A stretch of 31,668 nt of DNA from Anaerolineales bacterium (GCA_033577755.1 JAVQXV010000018.1:1-31668), one strand, 5' to 3'. Shown: positions 18,121-27,246, counted from the stretch's first letter. Program-made: numbers and translations. The notes: generated by a model not told the origin, from the letters alone.

Positions 18121-18179
18121 AGCAATTTGATGGGTTGATAGGGTGACGCGGTGACTCTCCTTTTCAGCCGGTCACCTCA
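18121..18179. repeat. Degenerate TGAYnnGG 8-9-mer array (ttgatggg ttgataggg tgacgcgg tgactctcc) in the spacer between the homocitrate synthase gene and lysJ
   Basis: Read directly. Weaker periodicity than the other arrays. Confidence 0.4.
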
Positions 18180-19376
18180 TCACTCCAACTCAGCAACGGC
18201 GGCTTTCACGGGCAGCGGCTGGGTCAGCACCGCCTCCACAGCTTCGGCGACGCGCGCCAGCTGGGCCTGCGAGATGACGAGCGGCGGCAGGAAGCGCATC
18301 ACCGTCAGGCCGGCGGGCAAGGCGAGCACGCGATGTTCGAGCATCAACGCCTGTAGATGCGGCGTCACCTTTTGTTTCAGCTCAATCCCGACCATCAGGC
18401 CCCGCCCCCGTACCTCGCGGATGAGCGGCGATTGGATTTGCGATAGCCGTCCGATAAACCACGCGCCCAACTCGGCGGCGCGCTCGGCCAGCCGCTCGCT
18501 TTCGAGGTAGCCGATGGCGGCGAGCGCAGCGGCGCAGGCCAGCGGGTTGCCGCCGAACGTCGAGCCGTGCACCTGCGGCGCGAGCCGGCCTACGCGCTCG
18601 TTGAAGACCACCGCCCCCATCGGCAGCCCGCCGGCGATGGATTTGGCCAGGCAAAGCATATCCGGCTCCAGGCCATGGTGCGCGCTGGCGAACATCGCCC
18701 CGGTGCGCCCGAAGCCCGTCTGCACTTCGTCGAGGATGAGCAGCGCGCCGCGTTCGCGGCACAGCCGTTGCGCGCCGAGCAGGAACTCCGCCGTGCCGGG
18801 CCGCACGCCGCCCTCGCCCTGAATCACCTCCAACACCACTGCGGCGGTTTTCTCAGTAACGGCGGCCTCCAGCGCGGCGAGGTCGTTGTACGGGATGTGG
18901 GTGAAGTCGGGGACGAGCGGCTCGAACGGCTCGCGGTACTTCTTCTCCCATGTGGCCGAGAGGGCGCCCATGGTGCGGCCGTGAAAGCCGCGCATGGCGG
19001 CGATGATCTGGCGGCGGCCGGTCTGGGCGCGTGCGAACTTGAACGCCGCCTCGTTGGCCTCCGCGCCGGAGTTGCACAGGAAGACGTAGCGCATCTCGCC
19101 GGGCGCGATGCTCACCAGCTTCTCCATCAGCGCCGCACGCTTGTCGTTGTAAAACATCTCCGGCACCGAGATGATGGTGCGGGCCTGTTCGGCGATGGCC
19201 GCTGCGACGGCGGGGTTGGCGTGTCCGAGGTTGCCGGCGCCCTGCCCACCGACGCAGTCTATGTACTCATTGCCGTCGCTGTCCCACACCGTTGCGCCCT
19301 CGCCGCGCACGATGGCGAGGGGACGTTTGGTGTACAGGCCGGAGGTGAAGCGGGACTCAAGGTCTTGAATGCTCAT
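18180..19376 (-). CDS. lysJ: Class-III PLP aminotransferase (acetylornithine / [LysW]-aminoadipate-semialdehyde aminotransferase, LysJ/ArgD)
   Basis: ArgD-family similarity. The PLP Lys context is LILDEVQTGFGRTG. The ATG overlaps the upstream gene's TGA (ATGA). Confidence 0.85.
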   Translation of the reverse strand: MSIQDLESRFTSGLYTKRPLAIVRGEGATVWDSDGNEYIDCVGGQGAGNLGHANPAVAAAIAEQARTIISVPEMFYNDKRAALMEKLVSIAPGEMRYVFLCNSGAEANEAAFKFARAQTGRRQIIAAMRGFHGRTMGALSATWEKKYREPFEPLVPDFTHIPYNDLAALEAAVTEKTAAVVLEVIQGEGGVRPGTAEFLLGAQRLCRERGALLILDEVQTGFGRTGAMFASAHHGLEPDMLCLAKSIAGGLPMGAVVFNERVGRLAPQVHGSTFGGNPLACAAALAAIGYLESERLAERAAELGAWFIGRLSQIQSPLIREVRGRGLMVGIELKQKVTPHLQALMLEHRVLALPAGLTVMRFLPPLVISQAQLARVAEAVEAVLTQPLPVKAAVAELE

Positions 19377-19768
19377 GAATTTCTGATTTGTGATTTCTGA
19401 TTGCGGATTGCGCGTTTGAGATTGCGTTTTGCGGTGCGCGACGTGGCGGTGAGGATCGCCACAATCTCATCACCCTCTTTCATCAGGCTGGCCAAACGTT
19501 TTTGCGGCATGAGGCCGGCATCCACAATCAGCTCCAGCCAATACAGGGACTCGTCCACTTCTTCAATGGCGACGTCCACTTTCGAAACGAAGTCTTTCCC
19601 TGATCTCCCTCGACAGGCTGACCGGTAATTTGCTCCGACCGATGTACCGGACCGTACAAGTTGTCGGGCTAACATATCGCCGGTGCGGGGCTTGGGTAAC
19701 GCTTCGACGACTTTGATGCAGCGCAGGCCGAAAGCTTTGGTGCGCTGTTTGAGTTCCTCGGGCGTCAT
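19373..19768 (-). CDS. Four-helix-bundle protein (TIGR02436-like, the '23S rRNA intervening-sequence protein' family). Inserted between lysZ and lysJ.
   Basis: Characteristic LARQLVRSGTSVGANYRSA and WLEL motifs. The C-terminal AIRNQKSQIRNS is encoded by a heptamer array. Confidence 0.7.
   Translation of the reverse strand: MTPEELKQRTKAFGLRCIKVVEALPKPRTGDMLARQLVRSGTSVGANYRSACRGRSGKDFVSKVDVAIEEVDESLYWLELIVDAGLMPQKRLASLMKEGDEIVAILTATSRTAKRNLKRAIRNQKSQIRNS
19378..19430. repeat. GATTTCT/GATTGCG heptamer array at the 3' end of the four-helix-bundle CDS and the lysJ start
   Basis: Read directly: gaatttctgatttgtgatttctgattgcggattgcg. Confidence 0.8.
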
Positions 19769-19809
19769 GTTGCCTCCGTCTGACGAAGTGGGTGAATGTG
19801 TAGAGCCTA

Positions 19810-19845
19810 CAATCAGAAATCAGCAATCAAAAATCAGGAAATCAC
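19810..19845. repeat. (C/A)AATCAG heptamer x5 between lysZ and the four-helix-bundle gene. It covers the lysZ stop and the last 3 codons.
   Basis: Read directly: caatcag aaatcag caatcaa aaatcag gaaatcac. Confidence 0.85.
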
Positions 19846-20643
19846 GGTGCCCTGTCCGGCCAGCGCATTCGCAATCGGCGTCGCCACGCGTCCATCGGCG
19901 AAGACGACCTTGGGCACGCCGAGCTGTATGGCCTCGCTCGCGCCGAGCACCTTTTTCTTCATGCGGCCCTCGGCAAAGTCAAGCGACTGCTCGATCTTGT
20001 CCTTGTCAATGTGCGTGATGAGTGTGCTCTCATCGGGGAAGTGGCGCAGCAGGCCCGGCACGTTGGTGAGGACGATGAGCTGCTCGGCGCGTATTGCACC
20101 CGCCACCATCGCCGCCGCCCGGTCGGCATCCACGTTCAGCGCCTCGCCCTCGGGCGAGATGGCCAGCGGCGCGATGACGGGCGTGTACCCCAGCTCCACC
20201 AGCCGGGTCAGCAGCGCGCCGTCTACGCTCTCGATTTTGCCCGTGTAATCGTCGCGCAGCATGCGCTGTTTGCCGGTCTGCGGGTCAATGATGCGGATGG
20301 CGTCCTTGCGCTTCGCCACCATCATGCGCCCATCCACGCCGGAGAGGCTGAAGGCGTTGACGCCCAGCTTTTGCAGCCGTTCGGTGATGAGGGTGCTGAT
20401 TTTGCCTGTCGTCACCATGGCGAAGATTTCGAGCGTCTGCCGGTCGGTGTAGCGCGAGGTGAAGCCGCTCGGCGAAGTGACCATGCGAGGCGGGTGGCCG
20501 AGCCGCTCCGAAATCGTGTTCGTCTCATCCGAACCGCCATGCACGACGACGAACTTGTGCCCTGACTTGATGTGCGCCGCGATGTCCGCCGTCACCGCTT
20601 CGAAATTGAGTCCGCTCGCTCCGCCGATTTTGATGACAATCAT
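19834..20643 (-). CDS. lysZ: Amino-acid kinase family [LysW]-aminoadipate kinase / acetylglutamate kinase (LysZ/ArgB)
   Basis: ArgB-like (VVKIGG, VVVHGGS, G-rich loops). Operon context. Confidence 0.85.
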   Translation of the reverse strand: MIVIKIGGASGLNFEAVTADIAAHIKSGHKFVVVHGGSDETNTISERLGHPPRMVTSPSGFTSRYTDRQTLEIFAMVTTGKISTLITERLQKLGVNAFSLSGVDGRMMVAKRKDAIRIIDPQTGKQRMLRDDYTGKIESVDGALLTRLVELGYTPVIAPLAISPEGEALNVDADRAAAMVAGAIRAEQLIVLTNVPGLLRHFPDESTLITHIDKDKIEQSLDFAEGRMKKKVLGASEAIQLGVPKVVFADGRVATPIANALAGQGTVIS

Positions 20644-20713
20644 TGGGTTATTTGGTGATGAGTCATTGAATCAATCGAACAATGACCCAATGAAACAATG
20701 AGTCAATGACTAG
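20644..20713. repeat. CAATGAnn-type octamer x ~8 filling the lysY-lysZ spacer
   Basis: Read directly: tgagtcat tgaatcaa tcgaacaa tgacccaa tgaaacaa tgagtcaa tgactag. It spans the lysY stop and the lysZ start. Confidence 0.8.
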
Positions 20714-21750
20714 ATCGGATGCAGCCCCGGAAACTCCAGCCCCGCCGTCTCCTCGAAGCCGCACATGATGTTCATGGCCTGCACCGCCGAGCCGGATGCT
20801 CCCTTCATCAGGTTGTCAATCGCCGCCAGCGCCACCACGCGGTTGCTTGCCGGGTCCAGCTCGAAGCCCACATCGGCGTAGTTGCTGCCGGCCAGAATCT
20901 TCGGGTCGGGGACGCGGTGAATGCCCGTCCGGTCTTTGACGATGCGCACAAACGGCTCCGCGTTGTAAGCTGCGCGGAAGGCTTTCCACAAATCCTTCTC
21001 GGTCGTCCCCGGCCTGACGAAGCAGTGCGCCGCAGCCAGCACGCCGCGCACCAAATCCACCGCCGTCATCGTCAGATGCACGTTGCTCAGGCCGAGTTCC
21101 TGAATCACCTCCGCCGTGTGGCGATGGCCGGTCGGTGCGTAGGTGCGCACGCTGTGGCTCTTTTCAGGGTGGTGCGATCCGGCGTTCACCGTCGCGCCGC
21201 CCTCCGACGAGCCGGTCTTGATATCCACAATGATGGGCTTTTCAGGGTCAAGCAGGCCGGCGCGCACCAGCGGCAGCAGCGCCAGGTTGGCGGCGGTCGC
21301 GTTGCAGCCCACACCGCTGATGTAGCGGGCGGTCTTCATCGCCTCGCGTTGCAGCTCGGGCAGGCCGTACACGAACTGACCAAGGTACTGCGGCGCGCTG
21401 TGGTCTTCGCCATACCACTGCCGGTAGAGCGCCGCGTCACGCAGCCGGAAGTCGGCGGAGAGGTCTACGATCTTCGGCGCCAGCTTCAGGTAGTGTTCGA
21501 TGTTCTTCTGGCTTTCGCCGTGGGGCAGGGCGAGGAACAACACGTCGCACGGTTGCAGGGCCTGCCGGCTGACGAACTTTAACTGGGTGCGCTTGCGCAG
21601 GTTGGGATGATGCTGAAAGACGTACTCGCCCGCTTTGCTTTCCGAGGTGGCCTGAGCGACCTCGACGTGCGGGTGAAAGAGCAGCAGCCGCAACAGCTCG
21701 CCGCCGGTGTAGCCGGATGCGCCGACGATGGAGACCCTGAGCTTCGTCAT
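20710..21750 (-). CDS. lysY: N-acetyl-gamma-glutamyl-phosphate / [LysW]-aminoadipyl-phosphate reductase (LysY/ArgC). True start is the ATG at 21750 (MTKLRVSIVGASGYTGGE); the track ORF begins 52 codons earlier.
   Basis: ArgC motifs (GASGYTG, catalytic Cys in GVGCNATA). The track ORF's extra N-terminal 52 aa have no homology. Confidence 0.85.
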   Translation of the reverse strand: MTKLRVSIVGASGYTGGELLRLLLFHPHVEVAQATSESKAGEYVFQHHPNLRKRTQLKFVSRQALQPCDVLFLALPHGESQKNIEHYLKLAPKIVDLSADFRLRDAALYRQWYGEDHSAPQYLGQFVYGLPELQREAMKTARYISGVGCNATAANLALLPLVRAGLLDPEKPIIVDIKTGSSEGGATVNAGSHHPEKSHSVRTYAPTGHRHTAEVIQELGLSNVHLTMTAVDLVRGVLAAAHCFVRPGTTEKDLWKAFRAAYNAEPFVRIVKDRTGIHRVPDPKILAGSNYADVGFELDPASNRVVALAAIDNLMKGASGSAVQAMNIMCGFEETAGLEFPGLHPI

Positions 21751-21823
21751 CAATCGTTCTCTTGCAGAGCCTGCCGGGGACGCCCAAAAAGTTTTTGTGC
21801 ACTTCGAGTACTTGGCGGGAGGA

Positions 21824-22723
21824 TCATGCCGGGAACTCGCGCGGCACCGGCCGGTAACGCTCCTTGAACTCCGCTTTGCGCCGGCCCACTTCCAGCGTGT
21901 AGTCAATGATGATGCCGGGAATGTCCACGCCGGTGGCCGGCACGGTGGAATGAAATTCCATCGTATGATTGATTTCGTTCACCAGCAGGCCGCGGTCGCG
22001 GTCCTCCAGCAGGTCAATCGCCAGCACGCCGCCGCCCACTGCCTGCGCGGCCCGGATGCAGATGTCATTCAGCGCCGGCGTCACCGGGCACACCGTCGCT
22101 TTGCCGCCGCGCGCTGTGTTGGTGATCCAGTGAGACGAGTGACGGTAGATGGCGCAGATCGTTTGGTCGCCGACGACAAAGGCGCGAATGTCACGGCCCG
22201 GCTTCTTCACGTATTCCTGGATGTAGAAGATGTTCTGCTGGTAATTGCCGAGCGCTACCCGATGCTCGAGCACGGCCTCGGCGGCGTCGCGGTCATTGAT
22301 CTTGGCAACCATCCGCCCCCACGAGCCGATAACGGGCTTGAGCACCACCGGGAAGCCCAGGTCTTCCATCGCCTCGATGGCGCTCTCCGGCGTGAAGGCC
22401 ACGCGTAGGTGCGGCTGCGGCACGCCCGCCTTCTTCAACGCCGCCGAAGTCCACAGCTTGTCGCCGCAGGTATCGGCCACGTTGGCGGTATTGACGGTGG
22501 GGATGCCCCAGGCGTTGAGTATCTTGCAAGCATACAGTCCGCGCCCGTAGGAGATGCTACGCTCCAGCACAACGTCATACTTCTCCCACTCGCCGGGGTC
22601 TTCGACCGAAAATTTGACCTCGCGGTCATCCAGCCGGTCGTAGTCCACGCCGCGCTTTTCGAGCGCTTCGAACAGCCACTTCTCCTCCACGCGCAGCCGG
22701 GAGTACAGGACGCCGACCTTCAT
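21824..22723 (-). CDS. lysX: ATP-grasp alpha-aminoadipate--LysW ligase LysX (RimK family)
   Basis: Collinear similarity to T. thermophilus LysX ([50 protein letters not shown]). Confidence 0.9.
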   Translation of the reverse strand: MKVGVLYSRLRVEEKWLFEALEKRGVDYDRLDDREVKFSVEDPGEWEKYDVVLERSISYGRGLYACKILNAWGIPTVNTANVADTCGDKLWTSAALKKAGVPQPHLRVAFTPESAIEAMEDLGFPVVLKPVIGSWGRMVAKINDRDAAEAVLEHRVALGNYQQNIFYIQEYVKKPGRDIRAFVVGDQTICAIYRHSSHWITNTARGGKATVCPVTPALNDICIRAAQAVGGGVLAIDLLEDRDRGLLVNEINHTMEFHSTVPATGVDIPGIIIDYTLEVGRRKAEFKERYRPVPREFPA

Positions 22724-22891
22724 GTGTGTTTATCGAGTAGTCAAGTAGTCGAGTGGTCAAGTGGTCAAATCGTCGAATAGTCAAGTGGTCGAGTCTTCAC
22801 GCGCCAGGCGACCAACGGTTCGCAAAATTGACAGACCACAAGACGACTGGACTACAAGACCACCAGACCAAATGACCCAATAACCAAATGA
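22724..22891. repeat. Two adjacent octamer arrays, TCRAGTRG x8 at 22735-22800 and GACCACAA-type x8 at 22830-22890. They make up the entire 168-nt lysW-lysX spacer.
   Basis: Read directly: tcgagtag tcaagtag tcgagtgg tcaagtgg tcaaatcg tcgaatag tcaagtgg; gaccacaa gacgactg gactacaa gaccacca gaccaaat gacccaat aaccaaat. Confidence 0.85.
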
Positions 22892-23071
22892 TTATTCGCC
22901 CCAGTCTTCGGCTTCCTGCGGGGCCAGGGCGAGCTGCACCGGCGCGAGGGCGATTACTTCCAGGTCAATACCGCAGTCGGGGCAGACGACGATTTCGCCC
23001 TCCATGACGTTGTTCAACGAGAGCGAGCCTTCACACTCGGGGCAGGTGGCGGTGGCGGTTACAGTGGTCAT
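22892..23071 (-). CDS. lysW: LysW amino-group carrier protein. 59 aa with a zinc ribbon CPECEG...CPDCG and an acidic EDWGE C-terminus.
   Basis: Strong RBS (aaaggagaacgttgtgATG). The CxxC...CxxC motif and terminal EDWGE match Thermus LysW. The track ORF is extended upstream spuriously. Confidence 0.85.
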   Translation of the reverse strand: MTTVTATATCPECEGSLSLNNVMEGEIVVCPDCGIDLEVIALAPVQLALAPQEAEDWGE

Positions 23072-23090
23072 CACAACGTTCTCCTTTATG

Positions 23091-23129
23091 GAAAAATGAA
23101 GAAGGCCTCTCGCAATCTGAGAGGCCTTC
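23091..23129 (-). terminator. Perfect 11-bp stem-loop (gaaggcctctc / gcaatct / gagaggccttc) followed on the - strand by ttcattttt. It lies immediately 5' of the lysW RBS. Candidate attenuator or riboswitch expression platform.
   Basis: Inverted repeat read directly. A U-rich tract follows in the - sense. No gene lies upstream on the - strand, so it is not an ordinary operon-end terminator. Confidence 0.55.
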
Positions 23130-23541
23130 GGGCTAGCGTGGCTTGGGTCGCAGGTGCGCGGGCGTCTTCCCAAACTCAAAAACCGAAGACCTCTACAGGC
23201 TTCGGGAAACGACGCGCGCGCTTCAGACCGGCGATCCAGTTCATGTTGTTGACGATTATGGTGGCGATAGGTTAAGTCGTCATTGTGTGATTCGTAAGAA
23301 ATTTTGACCTGTTGATTGGGCAAAGTCGTCGAACCGCCGTCGGCTTGCTCACCCATCCAAGCCGTCCCAAAGCTATTAGCCTGTCAGAAAGTGGTTAGGT
23401 TATTCTTGAAGCGGCAGGCGCTCCTGACCGTAGAGTCAGACAAAGCGACCGGCCGGCAAGATCAAATAACCTTAATGAATCGCGCTATACCATCGAGTAG
23501 AATGCTGTTCGACACAGTCTCCCGCTTCGCCGCTCTCTTGC

Positions 23542-24762
23542 ATGCCTCGCATTAACTGGTTCATCTTCGGCTTCTACCTGGTGCTGACCATCGGTGTATT
23601 CATCGGCGTGCTGGTTTCCCCGCCGTTCCGCGCCAACGGCTGGCTTTCCTACGCGCCGCTGCGTGAACTGGTGTTGCCGCCGCCGCCGCCCATCGAAATC
23701 TTGCTGCTGTACTCAACGGAGAAGGAAGCCTGGCTGCAGGAAGTGATTGGCCGCATGGAAAGGGATGGCTTGCAGGTGGAGGGCCGCCCGCTCAAGGTCA
23801 GGCTGGAGAAGCTTGGCTCGCGCGAAATTGTGCTTGCCGTCCTCAGCGGCGAGGCGAAGCCTGATCTGATTAGCCCGGCCAGCTCGCTCCAACTCGCTAT
23901 CCTCACCGACCTGTCCGCCGGCAAGTTCGGGAGTTCTGTCATCAATCAAGCCGATACCGCCCTGTGCCGGCCGGTGCTGCGCACGCCGCTTGTGATTGCC
24001 GCCTGGCGGGAACGCGCCGATGTGCTCTGGGGCGCAGACCCGGCTGGGAATTTGTGGTTGCGTCTGCATGATGCTCTGATCAACCCTCAGGGCTGGGCTG
24101 CCTTCGGTCATCCGGAATGGGGCTTTGTCAAATATGGGCAGACCGACCCGCTGCGCTCGAACAGTGGCTTTATGGCGACGCTACTTATGACATATGCCTA
24201 CTTCGGCAAGACCGGCGGCCTGAGCGGGCAGGACCTGCTGGGAGACCCCGGCTTTCAACGCTGGTTTGAAGAGTTCCAGGACAGCGCCGTTACGCCGTTC
24301 GCCCAAAGCACCGGCCCGCTGATGCAAGACATGATTACTATTGGCCCCAGCCGATACGATTTCGTGGCCGTGTACGAATCCACCGCTATCGAACAGGCGG
24401 AGAACGCGGTGGGGCGGTACGGTGAGTTGCGCATCTACTATCCGCCGGCGACGATGGTCAGCGATCATCCCTTCTGCGCGCTGCGGCAGACGGTGGCCAC
24501 GCCCTGGGTGACGCCGGAAAAGCTGCGCGCGGTACAAGTCTTTCTGGATTACCTGACTGCAGAGCCGGCGCAGGAGCTGGCCCTGCTGCGCTACGGCTAT
24601 CGCCCGGTGAACCCGGCGGTCTCGCTGACCATGCCCGGCAGCCCGCTAAGCAAGTACGCTACCAACGGCTTGCGCGCCGACCTGCCTCCGGAGGTAGAGG
24701 TGCCGCCCGGCGAGGTGCTCAACACGTTATTGGATTTATGGTCGCGAGTGACCGGTCGCTAG
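23542..24762 (+). CDS. Membrane-anchored periplasmic-binding-protein-fold (type 2 solute-binding-like) protein. One N-terminal TM helix, a Pro-rich linker, no vWA domain. Paralog of the next gene.
   Basis: N-terminal INWFIFGFYLVLTIGVFIGVLV. It shares blocks with 24778-26454: SPASS; HPEWGFVKYGQTDPLRSNSGF vs YPEWGSFKFGHTHPEFSNSGF; YGYRP vs LGFRP. Confidence 0.6.
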   Translation: MPRINWFIFGFYLVLTIGVFIGVLVSPPFRANGWLSYAPLRELVLPPPPPIEILLLYSTEKEAWLQEVIGRMERDGLQVEGRPLKVRLEKLGSREIVLAVLSGEAKPDLISPASSLQLAILTDLSAGKFGSSVINQADTALCRPVLRTPLVIAAWRERADVLWGADPAGNLWLRLHDALINPQGWAAFGHPEWGFVKYGQTDPLRSNSGFMATLLMTYAYFGKTGGLSGQDLLGDPGFQRWFEEFQDSAVTPFAQSTGPLMQDMITIGPSRYDFVAVYESTAIEQAENAVGRYGELRIYYPPATMVSDHPFCALRQTVATPWVTPEKLRAVQVFLDYLTAEPAQELALLRYGYRPVNPAVSLTMPGSPLSKYATNGLRADLPPEVEVPPGEVLNTLLDLWSRVTGR

Positions 24763-24777
24763 TTGTGGTAAGGAGCT

Positions 24778-26454
24778 TTGACAATGAAACTAAGAACGTA
24801 TCCCCTGTTGGCGCTGACGGTGATTGCATCACTGTTGCTTTCTGCCTGTAATGCCATTACTGAGTTGGCGCAGCCGACCGTTACTATCAGCATCGTCTAT
24901 GGCTCGGAGAAACGCGAATGGCTTGAGCCGCTGGTAGAGCAGTTCAACGCTGCAAAGAACAAGATCGCCAGCGGCGAGGTCATTAAGGTCGAAGCGACGG
25001 CGCTTGGCTCGATCGAGGCGGTGGAAGGTATCATCGCCGGGCGGATACAGCCGACGGTATGGAGCCCGGCCTCCTCATTGTACGTACCGCTGGCCAACGC
25101 CGAGTGGCGGCAGAATAACGCCGAAGACCTGATCACCGGTAACCCGAAGAACTTGGTGCTCAGCCCGGTCGTAGTTGCGATGTGGCAGCCGATGGCGGAA
25201 GCGCTCGGCTGGCCGAACAAACCCATCGGCTGGGCCGACATCGCGCAGCTGGCCATCTCCGAAGAGGGCTGGTCGGCCTACGGCTACCCAGAGTGGGGCA
25301 GCTTCAAGTTCGGACACACCCACCCTGAATTTAGCAATAGCGGTTTTGCCGCCGTGATTGCGCAGGCCTATGCCGGCGCAGGCAAGCAGCGCGACCTGAC
25401 CATCGCCGATCTGCAGAGCGAGCCGGTGAAGCAGCTGCTGCGCGAGGTGCAGGCCAGCATCATTCACTACGGCACCAGTACCGGCTTCTTCGCCGAGCGC
25501 ATGTTCGAGCGCGGCCCTTCCTACCTGAGCGCAGCCGTGCTCTACGAAAACCTGATCGTGGCGCAGGAGGCCAAGCGCCTTGCCGGGACAAGCCGGCAAT
25601 TGCCGGTGGTTGCCATCTATCCAAAAGAAGGCACGTTCACCACCAATCATCCGTACATCATCCTGAATGCGCCCTGGGTGACGACGGCACAGAAGGAAGC
25701 AGCGGAGGTCTTCGAGGCCTTCCTGCTGGACAAACCGCAGCAGCTGCGAGCGATGGAGCTTGGCTTCCGTCCCGCCGACCCGTCTATACCGTTTGCCGCC
25801 CCGCTCAACGCACAGCATGGCGTGGACATGTCTCAGCCGAAGACGGAACTGGCGACGCCCTCGCTGGAAGTGTTGCGCGGCATCGGCGAAGTGTGGCACG
25901 AGACCAAGAAGCCGGTGGATCTGGTGGCAGTGGTGGACATCTCCGGCAGCATGGCAGGCGAGAAGATTGCCGCCGCCCGAACGAGCCTGCAGCAGTTCAT
26001 TGACCTGCTCGATGACCGCGACCGATTGCAGGTCATACTCTTCAACGATAAGGTGATGACGATGGTGCCCTTGTCACCTCTGGGAGAGAAGCGGGCTGAT
26101 ATCCGCCGTCGGGTGGGCGGTATTGTGGAGTCGGGCGGTACGGCGCTTTACGACTCCATCGCCCAAGCCTATGCGGAATTACAGGCCAGTGCCGATCCGA
26201 AGCATATCCGCGCCATCGTAGTCCTGAGCGACGGCCAGGACACCGCCTCTAGCCTGACGCTGGAAGCGTTGTTGCAGCAGATCGGGCAGCTTCAAGAGGG
26301 CGGCGCGTCCATCAAAATCTTCACCATTGCCTTCGGCGACGATGCCGACGAAAGCGTGCTCCGACAAATTGCAGAGGCCACAGGCGCGCGTAGCTACAAA
26401 AGCAGCCCGGAAAACATCATGCGCGTTTACGGCGAGATTGCAACGTTCTTCTGA
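24778..26454 (+). CDS. Lipoprotein with an N-terminal solute-binding-like domain fused to a C-terminal von Willebrand factor A domain with an intact MIDAS. Likely the 'substrate-binding and VWA domain-containing protein' family.
   Basis: Lipobox LLLSAC. MIDAS residues are DISGSM ... T ... SDGQDT. The N-terminal half is paralogous to 23542-24762. Confidence 0.7.
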   Translation: MTMKLRTYPLLALTVIASLLLSACNAITELAQPTVTISIVYGSEKREWLEPLVEQFNAAKNKIASGEVIKVEATALGSIEAVEGIIAGRIQPTVWSPASSLYVPLANAEWRQNNAEDLITGNPKNLVLSPVVVAMWQPMAEALGWPNKPIGWADIAQLAISEEGWSAYGYPEWGSFKFGHTHPEFSNSGFAAVIAQAYAGAGKQRDLTIADLQSEPVKQLLREVQASIIHYGTSTGFFAERMFERGPSYLSAAVLYENLIVAQEAKRLAGTSRQLPVVAIYPKEGTFTTNHPYIILNAPWVTTAQKEAAEVFEAFLLDKPQQLRAMELGFRPADPSIPFAAPLNAQHGVDMSQPKTELATPSLEVLRGIGEVWHETKKPVDLVAVVDISGSMAGEKIAAARTSLQQFIDLLDDRDRLQVILFNDKVMTMVPLSPLGEKRADIRRRVGGIVESGGTALYDSIAQAYAELQASADPKHIRAIVVLSDGQDTASSLTLEALLQQIGQLQEGGASIKIFTIAFGDDADESVLRQIAEATGARSYKSSPENIMRVYGEIATFF

Positions 26455-26499
26455 TAAGAGAAGACGATCGAGCGTCGGTCGCAATCGTCGGCTCCCACT

Positions 26500-27222
26500 A
26501 TGCGTTCACCCTACGTCATTGCCTTTCTCAACCCCCTCAACCTGGCAATGCTGGCGCTCAGCGTTGCCGCCGGCTTGTGCTCGGCCTGGTGGCTCTTCCC
26601 GCTTGGCCTGCTGCTCTGGCTGGTGATGTTCCTGCTCGTGGCGCGCAATCCCGTCATGCGTGTGGCCCTCAAGCAGGAAGCCCGCAGCGGCGCCCTCTCG
26701 CCGCGCTTCCAGGCCGTCTTCGACGACGTGACCCGCGCGCAAACGCGCCTGTTCACTACGCTACAAAGCGCCGATGACCGGACGCAGGCCGTCTTTGCGC
26801 CGGTGCAGGACGCCGTCGAGGCGCTGGTGGATGAAGTCTATATCGTCTGCCAGCGGATGACCGGGCCGGAGAACTTCCGCCGTGTCTCCACGTTGAACAC
26901 CGACCTTGAAGGTGAGCGCGCGCTGGCCGTGCTGGCGATGGAGAGTGCCGCCGACCCGAAAGAGAAGGCCGAGAAGCAGGAGCAGGTTAGGGCAATCGAG
27001 GAGCGGATGAAGAGCATCAGGGCAGTGGAGACATTGCTCAATCGCGTCGAGACGCAGGTGAAGACGGTGGCGAACGAATTGCAGGCCACGCTGGCCGAGC
27101 TGGTACGTCTGCAGGCGCTGGGTGTGAAGGAGGCCGAGCAGCAAGTACCGACGCTGGCCCGGCGCATCCGCAGGCAGATCGAGGAACTGAAGGAGTTCGA
27201 GCGCGAGGCAGCGAAGTACTAG
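26500..27222 (+). CDS. Membrane protein with two N-terminal TM helices and a cytoplasmic coiled coil. Unknown function; possibly XpaC-like architecture.
   Basis: The hydrophobic segments LNLAMLALSVAAGLCSAWWLF and LGLLLWLVMFLLVA are followed by heptad-like charged repeats. Confidence 0.5.
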   Translation: MRSPYVIAFLNPLNLAMLALSVAAGLCSAWWLFPLGLLLWLVMFLLVARNPVMRVALKQEARSGALSPRFQAVFDDVTRAQTRLFTTLQSADDRTQAVFAPVQDAVEALVDEVYIVCQRMTGPENFRRVSTLNTDLEGERALAVLAMESAADPKEKAEKQEQVRAIEERMKSIRAVETLLNRVETQVKTVANELQATLAELVRLQALGVKEAEQQVPTLARRIRRQIEELKEFEREAAKY

Positions 27223-27246
27223 CGACTTTGGCCTGCCACTTGGCGC

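Noticed and set aside
21751-21906. 52-codon N-terminal extension of lysY in the ORF track
   Set aside because: It has no homology, a basic and low-complexity composition, and overlaps the lysX 3' end. The ArgC family starts at MTKLRVSIVGASGYTGGE (ATG at 21750).
1663-22891. CRISPR array interpretation of the short tandem repeats
   Set aside because: Units are 7-8 nt with no unique spacers and no cas genes. They are microsatellite-like arrays, not repeat-spacer structures.
23072-23356. Upstream in-frame extension of lysW (154-aa track ORF)
   Set aside because: LysW proteins are ~55-60 aa. There is a strong SD (aaggag) exactly before the internal ATG at 23071, and the extension crosses the hairpin at 23091-23129.
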